Assembly: GCA_022703335.1 (NCBI GenBank)
Contig: JAKLDV010000002.1
Location: 1 to 55,772 of the forward strand
Length of the DNA stretch: 55,772 nucleotides
Direction: 5' to 3'
Origin: Elusimicrobiota bacterium
GTDB lineage: Bacteria; Elusimicrobiota; Elusimicrobia; FEN-1173
The notes under the pieces were generated by a model, which made no database searches, was not told where the DNA came from, and saw only the letters and a program-made list of their open reading frames with translations. Positions 6,870-19,023 of this stretch are shown here, one piece after another; the first letter of the stretch is position 1; the number at the start of each line of letters is the position of its first letter. The position numbers and the translations under genes were made by a program.

Positions 6870-8357
6870 CTGAAAACGCGCGTTCGTTTCGCCCCGTCGC
6901 CGACGGGGTTTCTCCACATCGGCGGCGCCCGCACAGCGCTTTACAACTGGCTCTTCGCCCGGAACACGGGAGGAACCTTCATTCTCCGCATCGAGGACAC
7001 CGACGAGACGCGCTCCACGCAGGAATCGGTGGACGCGATCTTCAAGGGAATGCGCTGGCTGGGGCTGGACTGGGACGAAGGTCCGCTGTCGGCTTCCGAC
7101 CCGAACGCGCATTCGGGAGACCACGGCCCGTATTTCCAGATGCAGCGGCTGGACGGTTACCGGGCGGCCGCCGACCGGCTCATCGCCGAAGGCAAGGCCT
7201 ACCCGTGTTACTGCACCGCCGAAGAGGTGGACGCCATGCGGGAGAAGGCGCTCAAGGAAAAGAGGAACCCGCGGTACGACGGCACCTGCCGGCGGCTCAC
7301 GGAGGCGCAGCGCCGGGAACGCGCGGCCCAGGGGCGCACGGCGAGCGTGCGGTTCAGCGCGCCGCCGGAGGGTTCCGTGGAGTTCGACGACCTCATCCGC
7401 GGCCCCATGAAGTTCGACAACGAGCAGATCGAGGATTTCATCCTTCTGAAGACCTCCGGCGTGCCCACCTATAATTTCGCCTGCGTGGTGGACGACCACG
7501 CCATGGAGATCACCCACGTGATCCGCGGGGACGACCATCTTTCCAACACGCCGCGTCAGGTGCTGGCGTACCGGGCCCTCGGCTGGACGCCCCCCGTGTT
7601 CGCGCACCTGTCGATGATCCTCGGGGCCGATGGCAGCCGCCTTTCCAAACGGCACGGCGCCACCAGCGTGGAGGAATACCGGCAGGCGGGGTATCTGCCC
7701 GAAGCCGTTTTGAACTACCTCGCCCTGCTGGGCTGGGCCACCTCCGACAGCCAGGATATTTTCGGCAAGGAGGAACTCGTCGCCAAGTTCGACGTGGGGC
7801 GGTGCAGCAAAAGCCCGGCCGTCTTCGATCCCAACAAACTCATTTGGATGAACGGCGAATACCTGCGGAAGATGCCGGCCAAAGAGCTGGCCGTCCGGGC
7901 CCGGCCGTTCGTGGCGTCGGCGGGGCTGCTGGACGACGCCGGCCTGGCGGCGCGCGCCGCGGAACTCGAGGTCGCGGTGGCCATGGAACAGGAGAAGGTG
8001 AAACTCCTCACCGACGTGCCCAAACGCATCGACATTTTTTTCAAGGACGTGGCCTACGACCCGGAGGCCGTGGAGAAGGTGCTGAAGAAACCGGACGCGG
8101 CCGCTGTGCTGGAGGACGCGATAAAAACGTTCCAGGCGTTGGAGCCGTTCACCGCCGCCTCCACCGAGGAGGCGTGCAAAGCGCTGGCGGCGCGGCGGGG
8201 CGTGAAGAACGGGGCGGTGTTCCACCCCGTGCGGGTGGCGGTGTCCGGCCGCACGCAGGGGCCCAGCCTCTTCCACATGCTGGAACTTTTGGGAAAACAA
8301 AAAAGTCTGGAGAGGATCCAGAAAACGCTGCAGACTTTTTTCAAGAACGCGGGCTGA
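6870..8357 (+). CDS. gltX: Glutamate--tRNA ligase. The start codon is uncertain (CTG 6870 or ATT 6843).
   Basis: The HIGH region '[22 protein letters not shown]' is encoded at about 6885-6950, upstream of the first ATG/GTG/TTG (7029) in this frame. 'FILRIEDTD' and KMSKS-type 'LSKRHG' are present. The frame opens after the TGA at 6828. Confidence 0.85.
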   Translation: MKTRVRFAPSPTGFLHIGGARTALYNWLFARNTGGTFILRIEDTDETRSTQESVDAIFKGMRWLGLDWDEGPLSASDPNAHSGDHGPYFQMQRLDGYRAAADRLIAEGKAYPCYCTAEEVDAMREKALKEKRNPRYDGTCRRLTEAQRRERAAQGRTASVRFSAPPEGSVEFDDLIRGPMKFDNEQIEDFILLKTSGVPTYNFACVVDDHAMEITHVIRGDDHLSNTPRQVLAYRALGWTPPVFAHLSMILGADGSRLSKRHGATSVEEYRQAGYLPEAVLNYLALLGWATSDSQDIFGKEELVAKFDVGRCSKSPAVFDPNKLIWMNGEYLRKMPAKELAVRARPFVASAGLLDDAGLAARAAELEVAVAMEQEKVKLLTDVPKRIDIFFKDVAYDPEAVEKVLKKPDAAAVLEDAIKTFQALEPFTAASTEEACKALAARRGVKNGAVFHPVRVAVSGRTQGPSLFHMLELLGKQKSLERIQKTLQTFFKNAG

Positions 8358-8359
8358 CC

Positions 8360-10090
<1,731 letters not shown>

Positions 10091-10127
10091 GCGATCCACC
10101 GTCTTCCCGGATTTTTTTAAAAAACCC

Positions 10128-10157
10128 TTGACAAAATTCGGTTCCGCATCATACTAT
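10128..10157 (+). promoter_or_regulatory. Putative sigma-70 promoter (TTGACA, 18 nt, TACTAT)
   Basis: Consensus -35 TTGACA at 10128-10133 and TACTAT at 10152-10157, in the AT-richer gap after glnS. Confidence 0.3.
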
Positions 10158-10166
10158 TATGCTATC

Positions 10167-10805
10167 GTGATTCAAGGTAGAAAGAACCCCGTAACGCCGA
10201 GACCGTTTTCAGGGCCGCTCGGCGTTTTTTTATGCCTGAGCCTTCTTCTCGGCCCTCAGGTCTCCTTTTCCGGCACCCTCAGCCCCATCAGCCGCACCGT
10301 CATCGGCCTGCATCTCGGCATGAGCGAGACGGCCTTCCTTAAATATCATCGGGCCGAACTGGTGTCCCAGGACCCCGAGTTCCGCCAAAAGGTTTACACC
10401 CTCCGCTACATCACCGACACGGACGTGCGCCAGGTGACCGTCAATTTTTACAACAAGAAACTCCTCAAGCTGGACCTGGAATTTACCGATTCCTTCGTCC
10501 GGACGGTGGAATGGTTCGAACTGGTGAAGCGGTTCAACGCCAAATACGGCGTGAGCCGCATCACCCAGATGGAAACCCCGCCGCACATCACCGACCTGTT
10601 GGAATGGGACGACAGCCGCACGCATCTGGTGTTGCGCCATGTGTGGCAGCCGGACGCCTCCGCCGGCGAACTCCGCTCCGTGTATCGACTCAGTTACGTG
10701 GACGCCGACTATTACGTGGAGACGCTCGGCGTGCGGGCCCCCATGGCCCGCCTGCCTCAAGAGGGTTCGTTCTCCTCGGATTCCTCCTACTACACCCGCG
10801 ACTAA
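10167..10805 (+). CDS. Hypothetical secreted protein (N-terminal hydrophobic signal-like segment). Start uncertain.
   Basis: Open frame 10128-10805. GTG 10167 lies just downstream of the putative -10 box. 'GVFLCLSLLLGPQVSFSG' resembles a signal peptide. No family recognised. Confidence 0.5.
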   Translation: MIQGRKNPVTPRPFSGPLGVFLCLSLLLGPQVSFSGTLSPISRTVIGLHLGMSETAFLKYHRAELVSQDPEFRQKVYTLRYITDTDVRQVTVNFYNKKLLKLDLEFTDSFVRTVEWFELVKRFNAKYGVSRITQMETPPHITDLLEWDDSRTHLVLRHVWQPDASAGELRSVYRLSYVDADYYVETLGVRAPMARLPQEGSFSSDSSYYTRD

Positions 10806-10830
10806 TTTCAACCACTGAAGGGAAACGGAA

Positions 10831-10861
10831 CCCCGGGGCTCGGCGCCCGGGGATATTTTTT
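10831..10861 (+). terminator. Rho-independent terminator
   Basis: CCCCGGG-GCTCGGCG-CCCGGGG hairpin followed by ATATTTTTT. Confidence 0.6.
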
Positions 10862-10993
10862 ATGCCGGACATTTGCCGCCGGAACCGGTTGGGCGAAAAA
10901 GGGGGGGGCGTGGGCCGGAGGGGCGAGGATTGCCCCCCGGAGAAAAAAACTGGTAAAATCGCCGGGACGGACATTCTCAGAGGAGTGAACGAT

Positions 10994-11299
10994 ATGGTGA
11001 CGGCCGTTGTCTTGATCAATGTGGAGCGGGCGCAGGTGAACGAGGTGGCCGAAGCTTTGCTGGAGCTGAAAGGCATTTCCGAGGTCTATTCGGTGGGCGG
11101 CCGTTACGATTTGGTGGCCGTGATCCGCGCGTCAGACAATGAGCAACTGGCCGCGCTGGTGACCCGGGAGATGCTGAAGTTGAAGGGGATATCGAAGACG
11201 GAAACGCTGATCGCCTTTCGGGCCTATTCCCGTCACGATTTGGAATCGATGTTTTCCGTTGGGATGGAGGAAGTCCCTCCCTCAAAAAAACGCGCCTGA
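10994..11299 (+). CDS. Stand-alone Lrp/AsnC ligand-binding (RAM) domain protein
   Basis: 'VTAVVLINVERAQVNEVAEALLELKGISEVYSVGGRYDLVAVIRASDNEQLAALV' is the AsnC_trans_reg fold with no HTH. RBS AGAGGAG precedes ATG 10994. Confidence 0.75.
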   Translation: MVTAVVLINVERAQVNEVAEALLELKGISEVYSVGGRYDLVAVIRASDNEQLAALVTREMLKLKGISKTETLIAFRAYSRHDLESMFSVGMEEVPPSKKRA

Positions 11300-11593
11300 G
11301 GGGGTCTGGGGAGGCGAATCCGAAGGGCCGGCGGTGCCGTTTGCCGGGCAGGTTTTGCCGGGAAATGGGCGGAGCGCGATAACGCGCAAACCGTGACGGA
11401 AACGCGTGTTGTCCCCGATATATCGGATAAGAGTTTCTGAAACGATTTCCTCCTGTTTGGGAGGGTCAGCGTTGGCGTCAAGGGAGGGCGGAGCCCTTCC
11501 TGACGGGCGAATCGTGGAGCTCGGCGAAGCGATGTCTGCGGAGCCAGAAGCACGGTGAGCCGTGAGACGGCGCGGCATGGGAGCCGCCGATAT

Positions 11594-11664
11594 TGCCCCG
11601 TAGTGTAACGGTAGCACGAGTGGCTCTGAACCACTTAGTCTAGGTTCAAATCCTAGCGGGGCAG
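11594..11664 (+). tRNA. tRNA-Gln (anticodon CUG)
   Basis: Hand-folded: TGCCCCG TA GTGT AACGGTA GCAC G AGTGG CTCTGAA CCACT TAGT CTAGG TTCAAAT CCTAG CGGGGCA G. Confidence 0.9.
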
Positions 11665-11799
11665 AATTTCCGAACCCCTCCTTAAATCTCTCCGGTTCGT
11701 GATGGAATCGAGGGATTGCGGCGGATGGGCGGCGAATACGTCCCGAAGGAAGCGGGACTTCGTTCCCCCGAGGAGGGGCCGCCCTCCTGACGGGTCAAA

Positions 11800-11835
11800 A
11801 CAGAAGGGTTCCTTCGGGCCCCTTCTGTTTTTTTC
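11800..11835 (+). terminator. Rho-independent terminator about 135 nt downstream of tRNA-Gln
   Basis: ACAGAAGGG...CCCTTCTGT stem followed by a T7 run. Confidence 0.6.
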
Positions 11836-11926
11836 GAAGAAATGGAGTTCGATAACGGATCTGACGAAGTGGGGGAGTGAAGGGATGGCGAGGGCGTTCT
11901 ATCGAAAACCAAGCGATGTTAAAGTG

Positions 11927-11957
11927 AAAGGCTCCCCCGGGGGGAGCCTTTTGATTT
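11927..11957 (+). terminator. Second rho-independent terminator
   Basis: AAAGGCTCCCC-CGG-GGGGAGCCTTT hairpin followed by TTGATTT. Confidence 0.5.
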
Positions 11958-12069
11958 GTATGACGACGGGAGCGTTCCCGCGGAGAGCCGGAACAGAGGG
12001 AAACCGCTTTTCTTCCTCCTCGGACGCGGGACGTCCCGGGGCCATGGGCCGATGCCCTGGATTCCGTAA

Positions 12070-14301
12070 ATGACGGGGACCCTTTCCAAAGTCGGAGCCG
12101 GAAAAACCGTGACGCGGATTCAACCGGACGATCTCTATCGGACGCTGGCCGAGGCGACGCTCGATAAAGTTTACATCGTCGACCGGAACGGCGTCGTCCT
12201 TCACGCCAACACGTCGGCGGCCCAATGTTTTTCAACCAAGCCGGCGGAACTTGTCGGCAAAAGCCTCTCCGTGTTGTGCCCACCCGAGAAGTCGGAGAAA
12301 TATCTCAAGTCCATCCGCGAGGTTTTCGAAACCGGCCGGCCGCTGGCAATCGGCCTGTCCGACGCGTTGCACGGGAACGAAGTCGGCGAGCAGTCCTTCT
12401 TGTCGCCCGTTAAAAATAAAAAGGGGCGAATCGCGGCCGTCCTCGTGACGTCGTCGGGCGATGGCCGGGACGCGCGGGCGGCGGAGGCGTTGCGGGAGAG
12501 CGGGATGCTCTATCAGGACCTCGCGAACAACCCGAGCGCGGGCGTTTACCGGATCCGCGTCCGACACCTTTCTCCGTGGAGCGCGCCCGAGGCGCCCCCT
12601 TATGTCTATGAATTCGTCAACGATCGATACTGCGAATTGACCGGGATCCCCGCCGAGAAACACTATTCGGATCCGACGGTCACTTTGCGCCAGATACATC
12701 CGGACGAGTATGAAAATTGGGCCGCCCTGAACGAACGCGCCAATCGGACCGGGGAGCCTTTTTTCTGGGAAGGCCGCGTGGTGGTGAAGGGCCAGCTGCG
12801 ATGGTTCCATTATGAATCGCGTTCCAGGAGCCTGCCGAACGGCGACCTGCTTTGGACGGGCATCCTTTTGGATATCACCGAACGGAAACAGTTGGAATCG
12901 GCGGTTGAGTTGATCGCAAAAAAATACTCGACCGTGTTCGACAACGTTTCCGACGGGATGTGGATCATCGACCTTCGGGGAAGGATCGTCGAGGTGAACG
13001 ATTCCTACTGCCGGATGTCCGGCTATCGGCGGAGCGAGTTGATCGGCATGCATATCAAGAAGCTGGAGGGACTCGAGTCCGCCGCGGCCATCGCCGCCCA
13101 TATGAAGAAGATAATCGAATGCGGGCAGGACCGTTTTGAGACCCGGCATCGACGGAAAGACGGTTCGCACATCGCCCTGGAGGTGGTGACGCTGTCCATG
13201 GCCCTGGAGGGGGGGCGGATCGCCATGCTGGCGCGGGACATCACCAAACGCAAGCGCGCCGAGGAGGAACTGCGCAATTCCGAACAGCGCTACAGGGGCA
13301 CGCTCAATTTGCTGGGGGACATGATACACGTGGTCGATGCCGGTTTGAACGTCGTTCTTGCGAACCAGGTGCTGCGCCAACTGAACCGGCGGCTGGGGCT
13401 TCGGGAGGACTTCATCGGGGAAAATTTATTCAAGGTCTATCCGTTCTTGACGGCCAAGGTGCGGCGCGAATACGAAAAAGTCATCGCCACGGGGGAGCCG
13501 CTTGTGACCGAGGAGCTGAACCGCATCGCCGGGGCCGAGTTTTCGACGGAGACGCGCAAGATCCCCATCTTCGAGGGGGGGCGGGTCAAGCAGGTCCTGA
13601 CCGTGATGCGGGACGTCAGTGAACGCCTGCGGGCGCAGAAAAACCAGGAGCGCCTGCAAGGGGAGATATTGAGCGCGCTGACGCGTCAACAGATCATGAT
13701 CGGACAGACGCTCCACGACAGTCTCGGCCAGCTCCTGACCGGCATCTCCTACATGGTCAAAGGGCTGGAACACGACCTTAAAAGGGGGAAACCGCCCGCC
13801 GCCAAAGAAACGGCGCGCATCCTGGAATGCATAAACAACGGCATCTCGCAGACCAAGAGTCTTTCCCATATGCTTTATCCGGCGGAACTCGAAGAGGAAG
13901 GGTTGGTGCCGACCCTGAAGAACCTCGCCGGGCAGACCGCGGTCATCTATAACGTGGCATGTTCGTTGAAGGTCAACGGGAAGGTTTCCCGGAAAAACGA
14001 CATCGTTTCCATGCATCTTTACCGTATCGTGCAGGAGTCCATCCATAACGCGATAAGGCATGGCCGGGCCAGCCGCATAAAGATTTTATTGACGTCGCGT
14101 TCTTCGGAAGTCGAGGTGCGCGTCGCCGACAACGGAAAGGGCTTCGATCCACAAAAAACGGAGGGAGGGCTCGGACTGAAGATCCTCCAGTATCGGGCCA
14201 AGGAGATCGGCGGGAACCTGGCCATCCGGAAGAATGTGCCCCAGGGAACGGTCGTCGTTTGCCGGTTTTTCAGCCACGGCGGAAAACGGGGGACGAAATG
14301 A
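12070..14301 (+). CDS. Multi-PAS sensor histidine kinase (HisKA_3 / NarL-partner type)
   Basis: Repeated PAS/PAC-like blocks ending '...DITERKQ', 'DITKRKRAEEEL' and 'RDVSERLRAQ'. H-box 'LHDSLGQLLTGISY'. ATPase boxes 'QESIHNAIRHG', 'DNGKGF' and 'GGLGLKILQYRA'. Confidence 0.85.
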   Translation: MTGTLSKVGAGKTVTRIQPDDLYRTLAEATLDKVYIVDRNGVVLHANTSAAQCFSTKPAELVGKSLSVLCPPEKSEKYLKSIREVFETGRPLAIGLSDALHGNEVGEQSFLSPVKNKKGRIAAVLVTSSGDGRDARAAEALRESGMLYQDLANNPSAGVYRIRVRHLSPWSAPEAPPYVYEFVNDRYCELTGIPAEKHYSDPTVTLRQIHPDEYENWAALNERANRTGEPFFWEGRVVVKGQLRWFHYESRSRSLPNGDLLWTGILLDITERKQLESAVELIAKKYSTVFDNVSDGMWIIDLRGRIVEVNDSYCRMSGYRRSELIGMHIKKLEGLESAAAIAAHMKKIIECGQDRFETRHRRKDGSHIALEVVTLSMALEGGRIAMLARDITKRKRAEEELRNSEQRYRGTLNLLGDMIHVVDAGLNVVLANQVLRQLNRRLGLREDFIGENLFKVYPFLTAKVRREYEKVIATGEPLVTEELNRIAGAEFSTETRKIPIFEGGRVKQVLTVMRDVSERLRAQKNQERLQGEILSALTRQQIMIGQTLHDSLGQLLTGISYMVKGLEHDLKRGKPPAAKETARILECINNGISQTKSLSHMLYPAELEEEGLVPTLKNLAGQTAVIYNVACSLKVNGKVSRKNDIVSMHLYRIVQESIHNAIRHGRASRIKILLTSRSSEVEVRVADNGKGFDPQKTEGGLGLKILQYRAKEIGGNLAIRKNVPQGTVVVCRFFSHGGKRGTK

Positions 14302-14999
14302 GTCTGTCTGGAGACGACGGCGGGTCGGGGCGGGGGGGTCGTTCCCCGGATCGCCGGGCGGGATTTCAGAGGGATCGCCGGTCCGGACGCCGCTTTTCCT
14401 CCGCGGTCGTTTGCGGAGCCGTCTTCGCGCTGGGTTCGGGAATGACGAATCTTGCCGGCGAAAAATCCTCGGATCGCCCCGCCCCGTACGGACAGAGCGT
14501 CGCCTACGCCGGTTTATCGAAGACTCATCCGAGGCTCACGTTCAATGATTTCTCGCTGCAATACGTCGGCCTCCGCGAAGTTCCGGGGCCCAACAACGCC
14601 CCATGGAAGATGACGGTGTATCGGTTCCATGTCCAAGCCCGGGAGGCTCAACAGGAGATTTTGTGGTCTTCCGGATCGGGGCTGATCGCCCCGAGCTCGT
14701 TCGTGGTCGGTCACGTGAGGTATCTATTGGAGTTGAAACACTCGGAAAAGCAGGGGAAACTGCCGGACGGGTTCCTGGTCGTCTCGCCGGCCGGGGAAGC
14801 GATTTCGAAGGAGGAGGCGGTGGAAATCGCCCGAAAAGACGCGGGCCAAGCCGTTGGGAGCTTGGCCCGGTATGAAATTCTGGCACATCCGCGGCCGAAC
14901 GGATGGCACGTGGATTTCGTCCACAAAAAGAAAAAGACGTACGACGGCCCCGGCTATGTCATCGGTTACGACGGGCGGATCGTTTCAAAAAAGCCGTAA
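14298..14999 (+). CDS. Hypothetical exported protein, translationally coupled to the kinase
   Basis: ATG 14298 overlaps the kinase stop (ATGA). Gly/Arg-rich N-terminus, then a hydrophobic segment 'AVVCGAVFALGSG'. No family recognised. Confidence 0.5.
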   Translation: MSLSGDDGGSGRGGRSPDRRAGFQRDRRSGRRFSSAVVCGAVFALGSGMTNLAGEKSSDRPAPYGQSVAYAGLSKTHPRLTFNDFSLQYVGLREVPGPNNAPWKMTVYRFHVQAREAQQEILWSSGSGLIAPSSFVVGHVRYLLELKHSEKQGKLPDGFLVVSPAGEAISKEEAVEIARKDAGQAVGSLARYEILAHPRPNGWHVDFVHKKKKTYDGPGYVIGYDGRIVSKKP

Positions 15000-15029
15000 C
15001 GGCAATCTCCCGCTTGCGCCTCGTCGGGG

Positions 15030-15956
15030 TCATCGGGCGGCGACGGCCCGCGACTCCCGTTCCGCTTTGTAGGCGGCGGCAAAAACGGAGGCGAATTGTT
15101 CGATGTCCGTCGGCGTGTTCGTGAGGGCGGACCGGGGTTGGGTGGCGACGACGAGCCCCTCGTTGAATCCCCGGGCCATTTCGATGAACGTTCGGACCGC
15201 GTCGGGCGACATCCCCATGTGGAGGAAGGCCTTTTCCACGTCGGAATAGGAAAATTGGACGTAGGGGAGGTCCGGTTTCCCGATGGCGGCGCCGAAGACG
15301 CGGGCGACCTCGCCCATGGAGACGTCCCGGGGGCCCAGGAGCTCGCGGACCTGCTTGCCCGTAAATTCCAATTTATCCAGCAAGTCCACGGCCACGGCGG
15401 CGATGTCCCGCGTGGCGATGTGGGGGAACGCCAGGTCTTTTTTCATCGCCGAGCCGAGGACGTTCATCTGGAGGAGGGCGGGGATGTTTCCGAGGAGGTT
15501 CTCCATGAAGAACGCCGGCCGAAGATGGACGATGTGGACGTCGCTTAATCTGTTGAGCCGCTGTTCCTGGTCGTAGAGCCCCGCGATGGGGCCGGTCTTG
15601 TCCGGCAGATGGGCGCCGATGCTGCTGAGGTTGACCACATGCTTGATCCCGGACGCCCGGATGCCGTCCGCGAGGGCTTGCCCGATCCGGTTCTGAAAGT
15701 CACGAAAGTTCGGCGCGGTGTAATTGGGGGGGATCATCACGAAAGCGGCGGTGGCGCCGTCGAATCCTTTCTTCACGGCCGCGCCGTCTTGCAGGTCGAT
15801 CTCAAGGGTTTCGGCTCCCCGCGCGGCCAACTCTTCCAATTTGGACGCCGTCCGCGCCCAGGCCCGGACTTTTTTCCCTTTTGCCAACAGGCCCAAAACG
15901 ATTTCCTTCCCAATGTGCCCGGTGGCCCCCACCACGACATACAATGAATTGGACAT
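15030..15956 (-). CDS. NmrA-family / NAD(P)H-binding SDR-like oxidoreductase
   Basis: 'VVVGATGHIGKEIVLGLLAKGKKVRAWAR' Rossmann motif with the overall NmrA layout. Confidence 0.8.
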   Translation of the reverse strand: MSNSLYVVVGATGHIGKEIVLGLLAKGKKVRAWARTASKLEELAARGAETLEIDLQDGAAVKKGFDGATAAFVMIPPNYTAPNFRDFQNRIGQALADGIRASGIKHVVNLSSIGAHLPDKTGPIAGLYDQEQRLNRLSDVHIVHLRPAFFMENLLGNIPALLQMNVLGSAMKKDLAFPHIATRDIAAVAVDLLDKLEFTGKQVRELLGPRDVSMGEVARVFGAAIGKPDLPYVQFSYSDVEKAFLHMGMSPDAVRTFIEMARGFNEGLVVATQPRSALTNTPTDIEQFASVFAAAYKAERESRAVAAR

Positions 15957-16152
15957 GACAGACCTCCTCTAAGCTCTTCGGAGTGAATACAACAAACCGA
16001 GGTCCGATAAAGTTCCCGAGGAGAGGCGTGGGGACGGAGAGACGAGGGCGTTTTCCGGAAATAACCGAAAGACGCGGGGGCGGAGGACGCCCCGATTCAA
16101 ATGGGGCGCGGGAGGGCCGGGTTCGACGGCGAGCGTGACGGGCGGGCGGTTT

Positions 16153-17451
<1,299 letters not shown>

Positions 17452-17584
17452 GGGACCTCCGGACGGGGGGCGGCGTCGATGACCGCGCCCCGAATTGGGA
17501 TTTGAGCACGGCCCCATATCTTAACGCAAAGGGGGGTGGATGTCCACCGTCCTGGCGGGACCGGAGGGCGGGGAGGAGGGGATT

Positions 17585-17947
17585 TTAGAGTCGGTGGCGT
17601 CTCAGGTCTTTTTCGGAGAAGCCGAAGTAATGGCCGATTTCGTGGATGACCGTTCGGGCGATCTGTTCTTCCATTTCCCGCCGCCGGCGGAAGGCTTTTT
17701 CAAAACTCTCCCGATAGAGCTCGATGCGCGTGGGCTCCTGTTCGACGTTGAAAACGGACCGTTGGTTATAGGGGACGCCCAAAAAGACGCCGAACACCCA
17801 ATCCCCCCGATACCGGTCCTGAAGCACGCCGGGCGTTTTTCCCCGGGCGATCAGCCGGATGCCTTCGTTTTTAAGGATTTTCCGGAACCGCGCCGGCATT
17901 TTTTTGACGGTGGCTTCGATGATATCCTCGAACTCGGACATTTCCAT
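17585..17947 (-). CDS. Small zincin metallopeptidase-family protein (DUF1025 / Zincin_1-like)
   Basis: 'IARTVIHEIGHYFGFSE' HExxH motif in a 120-aa protein. Confidence 0.8.
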   Translation of the reverse strand: MEMSEFEDIIEATVKKMPARFRKILKNEGIRLIARGKTPGVLQDRYRGDWVFGVFLGVPYNQRSVFNVEQEPTRIELYRESFEKAFRRRREMEEQIARTVIHEIGHYFGFSEKDLRRHRL

Positions 17948-18000
17948 AGGAGGAGATTATAGGAAATGTGAGGGGGGGAGTCCGCCGGCGTTTCGGCCGG

Positions 18001-19023
18001 TCAGTTCGCCGACCAGAGCGATGGGGGCCGCTCGGCGTTCCGGGTCCGGGGGGCGGTTTTTCCGATACGCCAGGCCAGCGTCATCCGTTGCGTGGTCCCC
18101 AGGTTTCCCAGGGGGACGAAAGCATAATCGATGTCGACGTTGCGCAGGCGAAACCCCACGCCGGTGGTGACTCCCAGGAAAATGTCCCGCAGTCCCGAAT
18201 CGAATCCCATCCGCAGGATCATGTTGGGAAACGGCCGGAACCCCATCCCGCCCTTGACGGCCAGCGCCCCTCCGGAGAGCTTCCGTCCCTCGGCGGCCCA
18301 TTGGAACTGACGGTTGAAGAAAGCGCCCTGCATCCCCAGGCGGAGGGCTCGCGGCAGTTTTTCCTGATCCTGCCGGAACGCGACGTCGTTCCCGGTGTTC
18401 TGCAGGGCGGCGGCGACGCGCACGTATTTCAGGGGCGTGTCGTAGGCGACGCCGAAGTCCCAGGCGAGGGCGCTGTGGCCGGTCCCCGTATTGCCGCCGG
18501 CCCGGCCCGTCTCCTCGAATCGCTGGGATATCGTTTTCACGGCTCCCCCCAGGTGCAGGGCGGGGGAAAGGGCGTGGGCCAGTCCCAGGCCGACGTTGCG
18601 CGCCGTGTAGCGGACGCGTCCGTTCGCGTTCCCGTAAATGTCGGTGGCTTGGATGGGGGCGGTTTGCCACTGGCTGAGAAATATTCCCAATCCCCACGGG
18701 CCGTCCGCCGGCGTTCCCCAGACGGAGGAAACGGCATAGTGCTGCGCCTGTAGGCCCAGAGGCCATTCCGCGACGCCTCCCGCGAGGGTCAATGGAGATT
18801 TGGCGTCGCTGAGGAGAGCCGGGTTGTTGTAGAGCGAAAACGGCGATTCCGCATCGGCCACGCCGCTGTTCCCCAGGGCCGCCGAGCGGGAGTCCGGGGG
18901 GGTCAATAAAAAATCGGCGGCGGTTGTGCCGGCCCCCGCTCCGGCCGAGACCGTGCCGGTGGGATACATTTCCGCCACCAGGAGCAAGCGCATCACGAGG
19001 GAACGTCCTTGCCTTCCGCTCAT
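18001..19023 (-). CDS. PorV/PorQ-family outer-membrane beta-barrel protein
   Basis: N-terminal 'AADFLLTPPDSRSAALGNSGVADAESPFSLYNNPALL' resembles the PorV signature. Alternating beta-strand pattern and a C-terminal aromatic residue. ATGA overlap with the upstream S8 peptidase. Confidence 0.6.
   Translation of the reverse strand: MSGRQGRSLVMRLLLVAEMYPTGTVSAGAGAGTTAADFLLTPPDSRSAALGNSGVADAESPFSLYNNPALLSDAKSPLTLAGGVAEWPLGLQAQHYAVSSVWGTPADGPWGLGIFLSQWQTAPIQATDIYGNANGRVRYTARNVGLGLAHALSPALHLGGAVKTISQRFEETGRAGGNTGTGHSALAWDFGVAYDTPLKYVRVAAALQNTGNDVAFRQDQEKLPRALRLGMQGAFFNRQFQWAAEGRKLSGGALAVKGGMGFRPFPNMILRMGFDSGLRDIFLGVTTGVGFRLRNVDIDYAFVPLGNLGTTQRMTLAWRIGKTAPRTRNAERPPSLWSAN

Noticed and set aside
7802-8359. 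N-terminal 186-aa extension of the glnS track ORF, overlapping the 3' end of gltX
   Set aside because: The extension is low-complexity (RGRG/AGG-rich) and overlaps the well-supported gltX frame. A GTG 2 nt after the gltX stop gives a normal-length GlnRS.
10511-10993. Long N-terminal extension of the AsnC-domain ORF
   Set aside because: It overlaps the preceding gene and its terminator. A good RBS and ATG at 10994 give the canonical ~100-aa RAM-domain protein.
11320-11400. Possible SRP (4.5S) RNA, because of 'GGTGCCGTTTGCCGGGCAGG', which resembles the E. coli ffs 5' strand
   Set aside because: The hallmark GGAAGCAGCC / GNRA-tetraloop helix-8 motif is absent, and I could not draw a convincing long hairpin. 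Left only as part of the unexplained non-coding region finding.
11699-12073. 124-aa ORF downstream of tRNA-Gln, and the minus-strand ORFs 11233-11634 and 11795-12283
   Set aside because: The plus-strand ORF passes through two strong terminator hairpins. All have Arg/Pro/Ser-rich composition and lack RBS or motifs.
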